A stretch of DNA of 63,686 nt, filler included, from Octopus bimaculoides (GCF_001194135.2; 9 parts of 7 records of this genome joined end to end with filler, not necessarily neighbours in it), one strand, 5' to 3'. Numbered from the whole stretch's first letter, positions 37,501-51,830 are shown. A program made the numbers and translations. The notes: generated by a model from the sequence alone, not told the origin.

Positions 37501-37896
37501 GGAAACTTGCCAGTGTGCAGCACTGAGTGATGAATGTTGGAACCACTGATGTGGAGACTTGAATGTCCTTAACCTTGTGGTCAAGTGTGCACTTTTATAT
37601 ATATATAGAAAAATGAGTTTGGCAGGATATATTATCCGGGCTGATACCATATTAGCTCTCAGTTAAATTCCAGTTAATGGCTAACCTCAACGTATCAGTA
37701 TCTAACGTCTGTGACTACATGTGGTTGTTAATTTTAAGACCAAGCCCTAACTTTGGACAGTGACTGGGGTGAAGTTGATGTCAACAGCATATACCTATAA
37801 ATAACACCATGTACCTATAAATAACAACACCCACAGGACACTAACAAACAAAAATTTACTACAATCAGTTTCACTTTGAGGATGACCAAATGGGTG

Positions 37897-37980
37897 GACC
37901 CTGATGAAGCTGGACCAACATTATTGCAAGGTTATATCTGCAACAGTGAGTAGTCACTGCAGCGGAAACATGTGTAGTTT
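37897..37980 (+). ncRNA. Hammerhead-like relic in a PLE terminal-repeat-like context
   Basis: gacc CTGATGA A GCTG [two hairpins] CAGC G GAAA CATGTG TA gttt. Helix I has only 1 bp. Confidence 0.45.
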
Positions 37981-38324
37981 ATTATAATATGTACAAATCT
38001 CCATACCCTATTATTAATATATATATATATATATATATATACATATGATGAGCCAGTCTACCAGATGTTAGTCACAAGGCATTGATCAGTGAAAGACTAT
38101 GGTAGAAGACACTTTTCTGAAGTGCAGTGCTATGGGATCAAACTCAGAAGATATGTGGTTGTCAAAAAGTAAGCTCCTTAATTAAATAGCTATGCTCTTA
38201 GGTATAACATTTGCACTACATTTCTTCACAAGTGAGGAATCTGTCAGCAATAATTGGGTAGCTCAATTACATCAGTGTGTTCTTTAGCTTATATAATAAT
38301 AATGTGGAGGCGCAATGGCCCAGA

Positions 38325-38690
38325 GGTTAGGGCAGTGAACTCGTGGTCATAGGATTGCAGTTTCGATTCCCAGATCAGGCGTTGTGAGTGTTTATTGAGC
38401 GAAAACACCTAAAGCTCCACGAGGCTCCAGCAGGGGGTGGTGGCAAACCCTGTTGTACACTTTCACCACAACTTTCTCTCACTCTTTCTTCCTGTTTCTA
38501 TTGTACCAGTATTTCAAAGGGTCAGCCTTGTCACACTGTGTCATGCTGAATATCCCCGAGAACTACATTAAGGGTACACGTGTCTGTGGATTGCTCAGCC
38601 ACTTGCACGTTAATTTCACGAGCAGGCTGGTCTGTTGATTGAATCAACTGGAACCCTCGCCGTCGTAAGCGACAGAGTGCCAACAACAAC
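38325..38690 (+). mobile_element. tRNA SINE family D, full length, (AAC)n tail
   Basis: ggaggcgcaatggcccagaggttagg..tttcgattccc..gggtacacgtgtctgtgg..gtcgtaagcgacagagtgccaacaacaac. Homologous to 57357-57740. Confidence 0.85.
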
Positions 38691-38744
38691 ATAATAATAA
38701 TAATGGTTTCAGATTTATTCTTTTTAAATTCAAAATAATAATCC

Positions 38745-38945
38745 TTTCCACTATAGGCACAGGGCCTGAAATTTGAGGGGAGGGGTAAGATGATTTATCC
38801 ACCCCAGTGCTCCACTGGTACTTATTTCATTGACCCCCGAAAGAATGAAAGGCAGAATTTGAACTCAGAACGTGAAGACAGACAAAATACTGCTAAGAAT
38901 TTCACCCAGCATGCTAACAATTTTTGCCAGCTCATCGCCTTAATA
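38745..38945 (-). mobile_element. SINE family B (further partial copies at 38960-39085, 39370-39570, 45585-45790, 29330-29560)
   Basis: ggcacagggcctgaaattt..tttcattgacccccgaaagaatgaaaggc..gaactcagaacgt. Confidence 0.75.
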
Positions 38946-39946
38946 ATAACAATAATAATAATCCTTTCTACTATACAGACAAAGCCTGAAATTTGTGGGG
39001 AGGGGTAAGTCAATCACATCGATCCCAATGTTCCACTGGTACTTAGTTTGTCCAGTGTGCTGACAATTCTGTCAGATCACTGCCTTAATAATAATTGCTT
39101 TTATTAGCCACAGGGCCATGCTAATATCAGTATATCAGAAGGCATCAAGATAGGAATATAAAAGAAATGGGAATAGAATGCCCAGTATTACTCTTATAAA
39201 AAGATTGCCTTCTTGGTATGGTCAAATCATCAGGAAAGTTTTAGATTGTTGTGGAAAACAGATAGCATGCAGTTATAGGCTGCAGGTAGCAAGCCCATTA
39301 TACATGCAAGACTCTAGGAATTCCAACAAAACCTGAGTGAAAAGAATGTTAATAATAATAACTGATTCTGATTGAGGCACAGAGCCACCGTTCTTTAGGT
39401 ACGGGGTTTAGTCAATACTATTGACCACAATACTTGAATGGAACTTTATTTTATTGATCCTTAAAAATGAATGAAAAGGAAAAGTTGACCTTAGGGATTT
39501 GAACTCAAAATGTAGAGACCTAGAACCGATACAGTAAGACATTTTCTCTGATGCTTCAATGACTCTGCCAATCCATTACCTTATAATTATTATTATTATG
39601 ATGATGATGATGGCAGTGGTGATGATGATGATGGCAGTGGTGATGATGATGATGGCAGTGGTGATGATGATGATCATCATCATGTACAAAAAGAAAGCAA
39701 TAAATATATTCTTACAGCAAACAGCAGCAAAACAGATAATCCTAAGTACTGAATTCACCAACTTCAAGTAAAAGTATCATTTAAGCAAAGACGTAACTAG
39801 AAAGAAATATAGCACATTTCTAATTCTGTCTTTGCTTAAGTTATATTTCATCTTAACTTGCATTTGAATAACACTATCTTATAAGTTTATGGTAAACATT
39901 TCAGGTTTACTATGTCACCTGATTATTTTCTTCTTCATATTCTCAC

Positions 39947-40003
39947 GCATTTTTGAAAAAATCCCACTGACTTTGAGGTTCTCAATACATAGTTCAAATG
40001 TAT
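39947..40003 (-). CDS. Tentative upstream exon (TFELCIENLKVSGIFSKM; phase 1-1)
   Basis: taaattacag|ATACAT..AAATGC|gtgaga. Confidence 0.45.
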
Positions 40004-40153
40004 CTGTAATTTATCTTTGACCTATTATTAGCAGGGATTATAGTTTCATGACAATGTGTTCTTCTAAAGACTCAACCCTGATCAAAAGTCCAGAAAAGAA
40101 TTAACAATACATAAGACGGATTAATTATTTAATTATACATTATTCTCATTTAC

Positions 40154-40181
40154 CTTTGTTAATTAAAAGTGCATCAAAACC
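40154..40181 (-). CDS. Tentative upstream exon (GFDALLINK; phase 0-1)
   Basis: gttgtttttggaactgtaaaag|GGTTTT..ACAAAG|gtaaat. Confidence 0.35.
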
Positions 40182-42587
40182 CTTTTACAGTTCCAAAAAC
40201 AACATAGTAAAATGATGACAAAGTCTAATGGAGCAATTATATTAACTACAAATTAGCTTAGTAAAAGCTAAGTCTAAAACAAATACTATATATGATGCAG
40301 GCAAGGCTGTATAGTCAAAACGTTAATTTTGTAACAATATATTTATGGTTACAGGGATGATCTCACTTCACAAAATGCTGGACATCATCGTCTCAAGTTG
40401 ACCAATACCTTGTGGGGGGAATTCAATAGACAGAAGCTGTGTGTTTGTAACTGAGCAGTATAAAATGTTGATTCAGAGAACTGTGTGGCTATTACAGTAA
40501 GCTGCTCTTTTGGACTCAGCTATCAGACCACATAATAGTCAGCTACAAGGAAGTATAATGCAGAATGTCATCATTATCATTTAATGTCTGTTTTCCATAC
40601 TGGCATCAGCCGGACAGTTTGACAGGGGCTGGCTAGATAGAAGACTGCACCAGGCTTCACTCTGTTATGGCAGGGATTTTATGGTTGGATACCCTACCTA
40701 TTACCAATCATCTTACAGAGTGAAAATTCAGAAGATCTGATTGATGAAATTGCTTCATGAAGGGTATATAAAACCATTATGTCAGACAGTGAATTCTACA
40801 TGAGGAAGGTTGTGAAACAGCTGTAATCCTATGGAAGTCACTTGGTGAAATGAATAAAAATTCCCCTCTCATACATCCTGACTTTATGATGTTTTATATG
40901 GCCAGGTTTAAGTATGGCTGTGTGATTGAGAAGTATGCTTACTAACATGACATCCTGGGCAAGTGTCTCCTCCTACAGACCCATGTTAACCAGTGCTTTT
41001 TTACTTTGTTTTTACTGAGTTGATCAGAAAGCAAGGTCTGTGTCTATGGCCAATTTTGGCCCCACCAAGACCAAAATGGTTAATAGTTCTCTTGAATAGG
41101 TATCTGAAAATTAACAGCTACAGGAATAAACATGGGCAGAAAAAGTAACTTAGAAGGCCAACACACATTCTGGGGAAGAATGAATGTATATTGTGGTTAG
41201 TGCAACTAGCATAGATAAGGTATAGAAGAATTACAGACAGTCAGAAAAAGAAAAATAAGTTTGCTGTGCCAAGTTGGAAGGTATATGAGACTAAGCCAAT
41301 TCAGAGGATCAAAGCCCACTGTGATAACTGCAGAAAAAGCAGAGGAAGGACACAGCACACCAAGGGATCAGTGGTTTTAATGGTATTTGTGAGCCAGCTT
41401 CATGCCTGACTTAGTAGTGAGGGTTTTGAGTTCACCGTCATAAGTTAATGATTGGTCATTATGTTGTGTCCTTGAGGAAAGTACTTTGTTTCACATTGCT
41501 CTCGTCTGTGATGATATGAGTACCGACTGACTACTGGTGCAGCCATCTCTCCGTGCAGCTTTCACTCACTGAATATTCCACTGGATCAAGAATGAGTAGA
41601 CTGAGAAGATGTCTATGTCTGCTCACAACTACACTGGTGTCTTTAACAATCAGTAAAATCATGGTACATATTTGCTTGCTAGTAACAGTTATGGTTGGTT
41701 ATAAAGGATAGCCAAGTGAACGAAACATTTGATAATTCTAACAATAGATATTCTGTATTTCATAAATTATAAATGAGAACAGTAAACATCGTTCCTTCAC
41801 TTTCGAGATGGTTCTTCTATCATTCACTTCAGTCACTCATTAAACTTCAGCCTTCCTGGGGCATCACCTTGAAGGGTTTTAGTTGAATGAAATGACCTGG
41901 GTACTGATATTTTCCCCTTTTTAAACCTGATACTTATAGGACTGGTATCTTTTGTCAAACCACTAAGTTACAAGGACATAAACTAACTAACATCAGTTGT
42001 CAAGAAGTGGTGGGGGACAAACATAAACATAAAGACACAGTATTGAAAGCAATTGTAGCAAAAACATAATGAGAAAAAAGGGTGGGGAAAATTTCAGAAA
42101 ACTATTACCTCTGTTAGGCACAAAGTTTCTCTCTTAGTTAAGGGCAGATTATGTAGTGTTGTATACATTGGGGGAAACTACATAGTCTTTAGTGAGGCAT
42201 AGAATGGGAAGGGTGGTTAAGTGGTGGAAGAAACAAGGCAAGTAAGCTTTCCGGGTCTATTAGGCTAGCATGACTGGATAGGGAAAAATTAACTGTAGCA
42301 GGCAGAAAAGAAGACTGCACTGGTATGGATACATGATGTGTATAAAGAATAACGGCTGGTTGAATAAAGTATAACAAGGCACGTGTTGAAGGCACCTTTG
42401 AAAGAAGGAAACTGAATAAGGCATGAAAAGAAGTTATATCTCAGGATTTCAAGATCATTAAATAGATTATGAAAAAGTGCAACAGGTAGAGTGCCAAGTC
42501 ACTGATGATAAAGAACAAGAAGACAATGTGAGGTGATTCAAAGGAATAAAAGAAACCGGTAACGAAACTGCATATCCAAAAAATTAC

Positions 42588-42639
42588 TTTTATTCGTAGC
42601 CCATGGTTGGTCATTCTATATTTTATTTTGATGAACATC
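42588..42639 (-). CDS. Tentative upstream exon (MFIKIKYRMTNHGLRIK; phase 2-0)
   Basis: gcttttactgtctacag|GATGTT..ATAAAA|gtaatt. Confidence 0.35.
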
Positions 42640-43092
42640 CTGTAGACAGTAAAAGCTGCCATTACATGATCCCATACAAAGAATAATGTTGCATATGTAT
42701 TTTGGATGATGTAATTTACTCATAATAAAATATGCTTTTCAAGAATAATTTGGTTTACAATGAATTATTTGGTCTGCAAACACAATTGGTAAAAATTACA
42801 GATTGACCCAGTAGTAAAAATTAAGATTTAATGAATGATTAATAATCACCAAAATATAATGAAAATTTCTTTCCAGATTAAAATTTTACTGGCTCAGAAC
42901 ATAATAAAGAAATAAATTCTAGAAAAAAAATAGCTTTAAATATGCAAATACACAGATCTCTCCAAGCAATACCAGCAGTTCCATGTTGGTATTATGAAAT
43001 AAAAATTATTATAAAAGAAAGAAAAGAATATACAAATAATACAAAAAAGAAATTAATCACTATTCTTTATTAGAAATAATTCTGAAACATAC

Positions 43093-43129
43093 GTAATTTG
43101 AATTAGAAATTCTTTGTAGTCCTGACGGT
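43093..43129 (-). CDS. Tentative upstream exon (RQDYKEFLIQI; phase 1-2)
   Basis: Long pyrimidine tract ..gtcttcaactag|ACCGTC..AATTAC|gtatgt. Confidence 0.4.
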
Positions 43130-44129
43130 CTAGTTGAAGACAGCGATATACAAGAAAGGAATAAAATAACGAGGCATTCGTTAATGTAAATGTGTGTAGC
43201 GACATTATAGATAAAATTTAAAGCAAAGAAAAAATAAAACATATGAATCTTATTAGAATATAAATTTATACTCATATAGCAATTTTTCTGAATTTCAATG
43301 TCATATTTATATTTTATTTAAAATATACTTTTCAGAGTTTACCATGCTTCTTTTGTTGAATTTAAAATATCTTTAGAAATAAAATATTTTTCTGCACAAA
43401 AATGAAGCTTTAGAATTTCAAGAGTTTTCATGTATCAAAAATTCTTTTCAAAATGAGAATAAATTTATAAATAATTCTTTAAGTATAGGAATTCTAATTA
43501 GAGATTTTGTACTGAAAGATATATTTGTATATTTAAAAGATGGAAAAATTCAATAAACAACGCATGCAACTGTATTTTGATTTTATAAATATGAACAAAT
43601 TTGTGTAAGATTTGTTCAGTCAGAAATTGTAAACAGGTGACTGTTTGTGTTTTCTTTTTAGAAATCAATATAGACAAATAAATAGATGGGAATAATTCCC
43701 ATTTATTTATTATCTTTATTAGTTTCAAGATCCTTTCTCTTTACAAAGATAAAATGTATATGTACACATGCACACATGGGGATGTGAACACACGTAGACA
43801 TTATACACATACGCACAAAATTTACATATATATGTATATATAAAATTATTCATGAGCAAATTTTGAAAAACTTGAAGGTTTTTCAACATATTCTTTAAAC
43901 AAAAGCTGGTATGTGGATCAGCTAATGAAATTACAACATTACTAATAAGAATAAGATAATGAAATGAAAACAAGAAATATAAAATGAAATAATTTTTTAA
44001 TTAATTTTGTTTCAATAAATCTGAATGTTTACAAAGAATGTAAGAAAATTAATAAACTAGTTCTGTATACACAGAGGTACATACAAATATGTATGTATGT
44101 GTGTGCTTATATATGTATACGTGTGTGTG

Positions 44130-44420
44130 TGTGTGTGTTTTCATGAAGGCACATAGCTCAGCAGTTTGAGCATTGGGCTCACAATCATGAGGTAGTGAGT
44201 TCAATTTCTGGATCAAATTGTGTTGTGTTCTTGAGCAAGACACTTTATTTCACATTGTTCCAGTTGATTCAGTTATTTCACATTGTTCCAGTTGATTCAG
44301 TTGTAGAAATGTGTTGTGATGTCACTGGTGCCAAGCTGTATCAACCTTTGCCTTTCCCTTGGATGACATTAATAGCGTGGAGCCATTGGTATGTAAGCTT
44401 GTATGCATATATAACCAGTA
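44130..44420 (+). mobile_element. CORE-like tRNA SINE
   Basis: gaaggcacatagctcagcagtttgagc..gtgttcttgagcaagacactttatttcacattg. Confidence 0.7.
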
Positions 44421-46270
44421 TTCATAGGATGCTCTGTGCACTATAAATCTAGCCACGAAGTGGAATGTAGAAATGATTTATGGAGAACAAAAAATGAACA
44501 TGGAATTTTAATGAGTTTTAATTTCTTGGCCTTTAACCAGCCGTATCTGGCCAAAATATTCTGTTTTATAACCAAACTGGCCAGATCTGGCCTCTCACAC
44601 CAACCCTACAATATCATTCTGAAAATTAAGTTACCTCTTCATAATCTCAAAAGTACAACATAATTCATGATTAATACAAAACAAGGAAAATTAACATGCA
44701 TTACTTCTGACGGAATAATGTGAATACTAAATGGTTAAATGTACCAAACATACATTATTTCTGATCTTCATGGCTTTTGTAAAGATTTGCTTTTTCATTT
44801 TCCCTTTTTCATTAATCATTTTCATGTTCCACTTTGATTTTCACTATATGTTTGTATATGTATGTGTGTTGGTTAGTATATAGGATTAACTGGAACCCTC
44901 GACATCATAAGCGACGGAGTGCTAACACGTGTATGTGTGTAAAAGTTATCATTTCTGTTTTCCACATGAGCTGGACCAAAATTCAATTTTCTTGTTTTTA
45001 CATTTTTTGATGAATGTTAAGTTTTACAGCTTTACATTCAAACCCAGAGTAGTAGGACAAAAACTCCTTTACTTGTAACATAGGTAATGACAGGTGACAA
45101 GAAGAACATCTAACCAGAAAATAATACATCAAATAAATACCTGACCAACCTATGCCAGCATTCAAAATGGAATATGAGTAATGAACAAATTAGCAGCATT
45201 TAATAAATTAAATAAATGATAATAGAATAAGAAATTACATCATTAACTACATTAACTTACTGCTGTTTCCGCTACAAGATGCAATAGACTCATGAGTTTA
45301 TATGTATCACTCAAATAAAATAACACTTCATTTTTCAAGCTCCAGTAAATCTATAGGGTGATACACAAGCACTAAACTATGAGTGCATTGCATCTTATAA
45401 CAGAAACAGATGTAAGCTAATTAAGTTCATTACATAGGTTCTTATTCCCTTGTCATTTGTTTATTTTCTTATTACTCAACTGATGCTTTGTTCTGAAACA
45501 CATATATTTTGTGTTCTAATACCAGATTATTATTCCTAAGCAAAATGATGATGATGATAATAATAATAATAACAATAATAATCCTTTCTACTAAAGGCAC
45601 AAGGCCTGAAATTTTAGGGGAGGAGAATAGTTGATTCTATCGATCCCAGTGTTTCACTTAATTTATTGACCCCAAAAGATGAAAGACAAAGTTCGCCTGG
45701 GTGGAATTTGAACTCAGAATGTAAAGCCAGACAGTGCCGCTATGCATTATGCCTGGTGTGCTAACCATTCTGCTTGCTCGCCACCTTATACACATACATA
45801 TATACATATTTGTATTTTTATTTATTTATTTACTTGCAAGCAAGAAGTTTTTTTTTCTCCCAACCATTTGGTTTTGGTTTCAGACCCACAACATGGTGCC
45901 ACGTTGTGAGTCTTCTACTAACAGCCTAGGCTGGCCAAACCATTGTTTGTGTGGGGTTAGTAACTAGAAAGTGAAAGATGCCTGGTGTGTGTTGTGTGTG
46001 CATGTATGCATGCACTTGTGTGTGTTCCTTTATTTTTGTACTCTGTGAGAAGTCACTTGCTGTGTGTGGCTGTGTTGTCACTTGGCCTGTCAAAAAGTCA
46101 CTCACTTTGCACTTTTGAAGAGATGTGAAAGCAGGTGAGGGCTAGCAACAGAAAGGACATCTTGCTATATGACAATGCTACCGTAATATATTCATCTAGT
46201 CTATTCTAGCATAGAAATAAGGATGAAGGATATACATGTATGAAAATATATGTATGCATATGCATGTATA

Positions 46271-46332
<62 letters not shown>

Positions 46333-46961
46333 CACACACACGTGTGTATATGTATGCCTCACCTATTCTTTATCTCCCACCATACCACACACCCATGAGA
46401 CTATATATACATGTATATCCATGTGTGTCTGTGCGCGTGCACACACACACACACACATATACACATATACATTACATACACATAACCATACGCACAAATA
46501 TCATAAAAGTTCAAACATTTATATTTATGTAAATCAATATTAGCTGATATACATATATTGAATTGTAATGTTTACATATGTATATCAATTTATGAACGCT
46601 TAGCTGACATGACATGTTTGGAAAATATACTTAGAATAAATATATACATTATGAAAAATAATGATTCTGAAGAGGAAAGAAAGACTTTGATACAGGCAAT
46701 CAGTTTGTGCATTTGATGTTATTGCAACAACTTCTGCTTTCATATTGAATGCCAATATTCTTTCATAGAATAATTTTGGGGTGGATAAAGAACCAAAAGA
46801 AATAGAAAGGAGAAAGGATGAAAGATTTAGTGATAGATGTTTAAACATTAAATTTATTTATTTGCTAAAGTGAAAAGATATAGAATCTCTCTCTCTCTCA
46901 CTCACTACCCCCCTTGTACATACAAACAAATATAAGCATATAAACACATATATGTATACAG

Positions 46962-47037
<76 letters not shown>

Positions 47038-47196
47038 GAATATACATATATATGAATATATGCACACATATATGAATGCATGTATATATACTTGTTCATT
47101 CATATAATTTCTATTTTGCTAGACTGGCTTTGGTTTGAAGTTTAGCAAAGGTGGAATTTCACAGCCTGATGCTCATCCTGTCACCAAACCTTACCT

Positions 47197-47233
<37 letters not shown>

Positions 47234-47811
47234 NNNNNNNNNNATAAGGGATTTCTTTATTCCATTCCACAGGCATTCAAATGCCCTACAGTGATGTCAC
47301 AATATCGACAACAAATGCCGATATCAGCATTATTTCACTTGAGCAGAGACAAACACGAAATATATACTCACACATATATTTACATGCATACTCATCATGT
47401 TCATCATCATCATCATCATCATCATGTCTAATCTCCATGCTTGCCTGGGTTAGATAAGAGTAAGTATGAGTAGAGTTTTCTATCCCCATATGCCCTCCCT
47501 GTTTCCAACCTGACTTTTTTCCCAGCAGAATAATCTGCCAGTCTATCAAGGTAACAGCCTGGTCATGTTTTATATGAGGAACTGGGAACAAATGGCACCT
47601 TATGAATGTGACCTTTGTTTTAACAAAGGTCACAGTTACATGTAGCATGTCAAGAAACCTGGAGATGTTTTATGGTGGACAGCCAGCAAAAAACATTATC
47701 TGATACTCATTGTCTACTAACTAGTGAAGGTAAGGGAAATACAAATTCATTCATACAAATACAGGTATACTCATAGATTCACTTACATTTCATGCCTACA
47801 CATACATAGTG

Positions 47812-48150
47812 TTCATGATGGCTGTCCACTTGTGACCGAGGAAGACCATTGCCGACCTTCAGGAACATTGTGTGCTCTAGGACTAACTTATATTTTGCAT
47901 TTGCGGCTCCGTTGGTGGCTAATGAGCCCTGCACTTGACAAGCATACATGACTACAAACATTGCAGACCAAGCTTTCCCCATTCACTATACGAGCCGTGC
48001 GCTTTCGTGCAGCTTGCTTAAGTTCTTCATGCTGGTTACGTGCTCTCTCAAAATTGTCGATCCCCTCCTTAACTTGCTTCCTCCATCTGTGGCGATGGCA
48101 GGCAGTGTTCTCCCAGTCAGTGTCCTGCCTATCACAGGCCTTTAATGAGG
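47812..48150 (-). mobile_element. RTE-clade LINE 3' end
   Basis: YVKSSLKACDRQDTDWENTACHRHRWRKQVKEGIDNFERAR..LVCNVCSHVCLSSAGLISHQR: RTE C-terminus with C2H2-like motif, then gacagccatcatg tail. Confidence 0.85.
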
Positions 48151-49924
48151 ACTTGACATAGTGTTCATACATACATATATACACACTTGTCCATTTGTCC
48201 ATCCATCTATCCGTTCATTCATTCATATGTATGTACATTCATATGTACATAGATACTTATGTATATACATATACACGCAGGACAATCTCTTTCAGTTTCT
48301 GTTAACTGAATCCAATCACAAACCCCCGTGCTATATTAGAAATCATTTGTGCAAGGTACCACACATTGGGCCTAAACCTGAAACCATGTGGTTGGGAACC
48401 AAACTTCTTAGTCTCACAGCTACACTTGTGCCTCCTCATCATCATCATCATTTAACATTCATATTCCTGTTTCACAGGGTTTGATGGGTCTGAGAACTGC
48501 ATTACACTCCATTGTCTGCTTTAGCATGATTTCTGTTACTGGATGCCCTTCTTGTTGTTGGCTAATTTACAGAATGTACACATATATATGTGTGTATGTG
48601 TACAACTGGTTTCATTACTACTCTAATAATTTAGAGTGTGCTTCTTTTTGGATATATGAATTAACTCTTCGAAACGCCAGTGTTGAATGGTGGCAGCTGA
48701 TGAAGGAGATGTTCTCTATGTGGCATGTGTGTTTTCTGTACTTGTTTATCATTTTGTCTACGTTTTGTTTGCAATATCCTGTACCCAGATATGCATCTAT
48801 CTATACAGGTAGATGTGGGTATGTACATACATGTACGTATATATGCATATACTCATTTATTATTTGTATTATATATATATGTGTACATACATGTGTGTGT
48901 GTCTCTTTGTGCCTGTGTTTGTCCCCCACCACCACTTAACAATTGGTGTGTTCACATCCCCATAATTTAGCGGTTTGTCAAAAGAGACTGATAAAATAAG
49001 TACTTGGCTAATAAAGAAAAACAAGTACTGAGGTTGATGCATTCAACTAAAAGATGCTTCAAGGCGGTGCTCCAGCATAGCTACAGACAAATGACCGAAA
49101 CAAAAGATAAAAAGATATATTTGTTTGTTTATGTGTTAATATACACGGGAAGAGAACCAGAATAGATATTTATATATTATGAATCAAGTATGTATGAGAG
49201 TCTTTGTATATGCATATAAGGAATTATACATAAGTGTTGATATCTACCTACATGTGTGTGTATATATACATAAATATATGTTTGTATAGTCTATATATTT
49301 CCATTGGAATGTGAGCATATTTAGAGGTATTTATTTATTAACTTAGATATTTCATCATATTGTACTTTTGTTTCAGTTGTGTTCTTTTGTTTGCCTGATT
49401 TTTGTTGTCTTTTTTTAGTTTTGGCATCATTAGCTGTCTGGTGCTTTATAAAAATATTTTTCTAAATTTTGTCGATATTTGAGTGTTACATTTGAAAATA
49501 GAATATGCTAACTTTTGCATATGATGATTTTTATCTGAATGAAACATCTCTATTCAACTACATTTGTAAGTAATTTTGACATTGTATGTATTCTTGTCGC
49601 TATTTTATCAAGATGTTTTTTTTTTTTATATATAATTGGTTTTTATTTATGCTTACTTATTTATGTTTCTTTTTCTATTTTTCTTTATAATTTAGTTTTA
49701 ATAATTTTTTCTGATCATTTCTGATGTGTTTATAGGTTTAATTCTGATTTTTTTTTATAACTTTGTCTACCATTCAACACTGGGTATGACAAAAACATAT
49801 ATATGTACATATATAATGTGTATANNNNNNNNNNNNNNNNNNNNNNNNNNNNNNNNNNNNNNNNNNNNTTAATTAATTAANNNNNNNNNNNNNNNNNNNN
49901 NNNNNNNNNNNNNNNNNNNNNNNN

Positions 49925-49963
<39 letters not shown>

Positions 49964-50308
49964 CACATATATACATATATATGTGCATATATTCATATCT
50001 ACATATATATGCACATATATGCTTGTGTGTGTATATATATGTCTACGTATATATATGTATGAATATGTATATGTATGTATATATATGTGTGTATGTATGT
50101 GTATACAAAGACACATTCTCTTGCGTTTATGTATGCAGGTTTCTAGAGCTGTATATATATAAATATATATGTTCATTAAAATTTATTTCCCTTTTCCGGC
50201 GAATGGCCACGATTGTAATATATTTGCTGATCCATTTAGCGTGAGTGTGTTCATGTATATATGTGTGTATGTGTGTGTGTGTGTATGTGTGTGTGTGTGT
50301 GCGCGTAT

Positions 50309-50349
<41 letters not shown>

Positions 50350-50919
50350 CTTGCTTGTATGTGTGTATTTATAAATATATGATTGCATTTGTTTGTTTGT
50401 GTACATTAGCCTGCGTCTCTCTAGTTTATTTTTATATATTTTGTCATTCGGATAACAATCTTAGTTGTTGGGCGTGCATAGACACATTGTNNNNNNNNNN
50501 NNNNNNNNNNNNNNNNNNNNNNNNNNNNNNNNNNNNNNNNNNNNNNNNNNNNNNNNNNNNNNNNNNNNNNNNNNNNNNNNNNNNNNNNNNNNNNNNNNNN
50601 NNNNNNNNNNNNNNNNNNNNNNNNNNNNNNNNNNNNNNNNNNNNNNNNNNNNNNNNNNNNNNNNNNNNNNNNNNNNNNNNNNNNNNNNNNNNNNNNNNNN
50701 NNNNNNNNNNNNNNNNNNNNNNNNNNNNNNNNNNNNNNNNNNNNNNNNNNNNNNNNNNNNNNNNNNNNNNNNNNNNNNNNNNNNNNNNNNNNNNNNNNNN
50801 NNNNNNNNNNNNNNNNNNNNNNNNNNNNNNNNNNNNNNNNNNNNNNNNNNNNNNNNNNNNTATATATATGTATGTATTTATATCTTTCATTTGCAACAAC
50901 TAAAACAACAACTGTGTAA

Positions 50920-51263
50920 ACCATACCACTACTACCACCACCACCACTACCACCACCACCACCACCACCACCACCACCACCAATAACAACAACAGCAACA
51001 ACAACCAAATCTTGATAAATATTCGACAAGTACAATAACTTATCTAAACATATATATATAAGATATAAAAGATTGATGATAAAATTGAATTCGAAATATA
51101 TGAGACAAAATAAATAAATAAATAAATAAATAGTGTTGGCACAGAAAAAAATAATTATAAAATTTGGATAATGAAAAATAAAATCATTCTGTTGATAAAG
51201 ACTGTAAAGTCGACGAAGACTGAACTGACTACTACGACTACCACCACTACTATTGTTACTAAA

Positions 51264-51296
<33 letters not shown>

Positions 51297-51306
51297 ACTA
51301 CTACTA

Positions 51307-51360
<54 letters not shown>

Positions 51361-51509
51361 TTACTACTAACAATAATAATAATACTACTATTACTTCTAC
51401 GACTACTACTACTACTACAATGGGAGTAGCAAAGAGAACAATAGACTATAACAAAAACGATAAAAATGTTGATGTTGATATAATGTTAATAATAGTGGTA
51501 ATAATAATG

Positions 51510-51559
<50 letters not shown>

Positions 51560-51660
51560 CATAAGAGCAATAATAGTAATAACAATAATAATAATAATAA
51601 TACCAATAATAATAATAATAGCAATAATAATAATAAAACNNNNNNNNNNATAATAAAACG

Positions 51661-51709
<49 letters not shown>

Positions 51710-51731
51710 TAATAATAACAATAATAATAAC

Positions 51732-51830
<99 letters not shown>

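Noticed and set aside
44533-44738. TTAA-bounded segment resembling a piggyBac-type MITE
   Set aside because: Only 6 bp of terminal inverted match. Insufficient without a family consensus.
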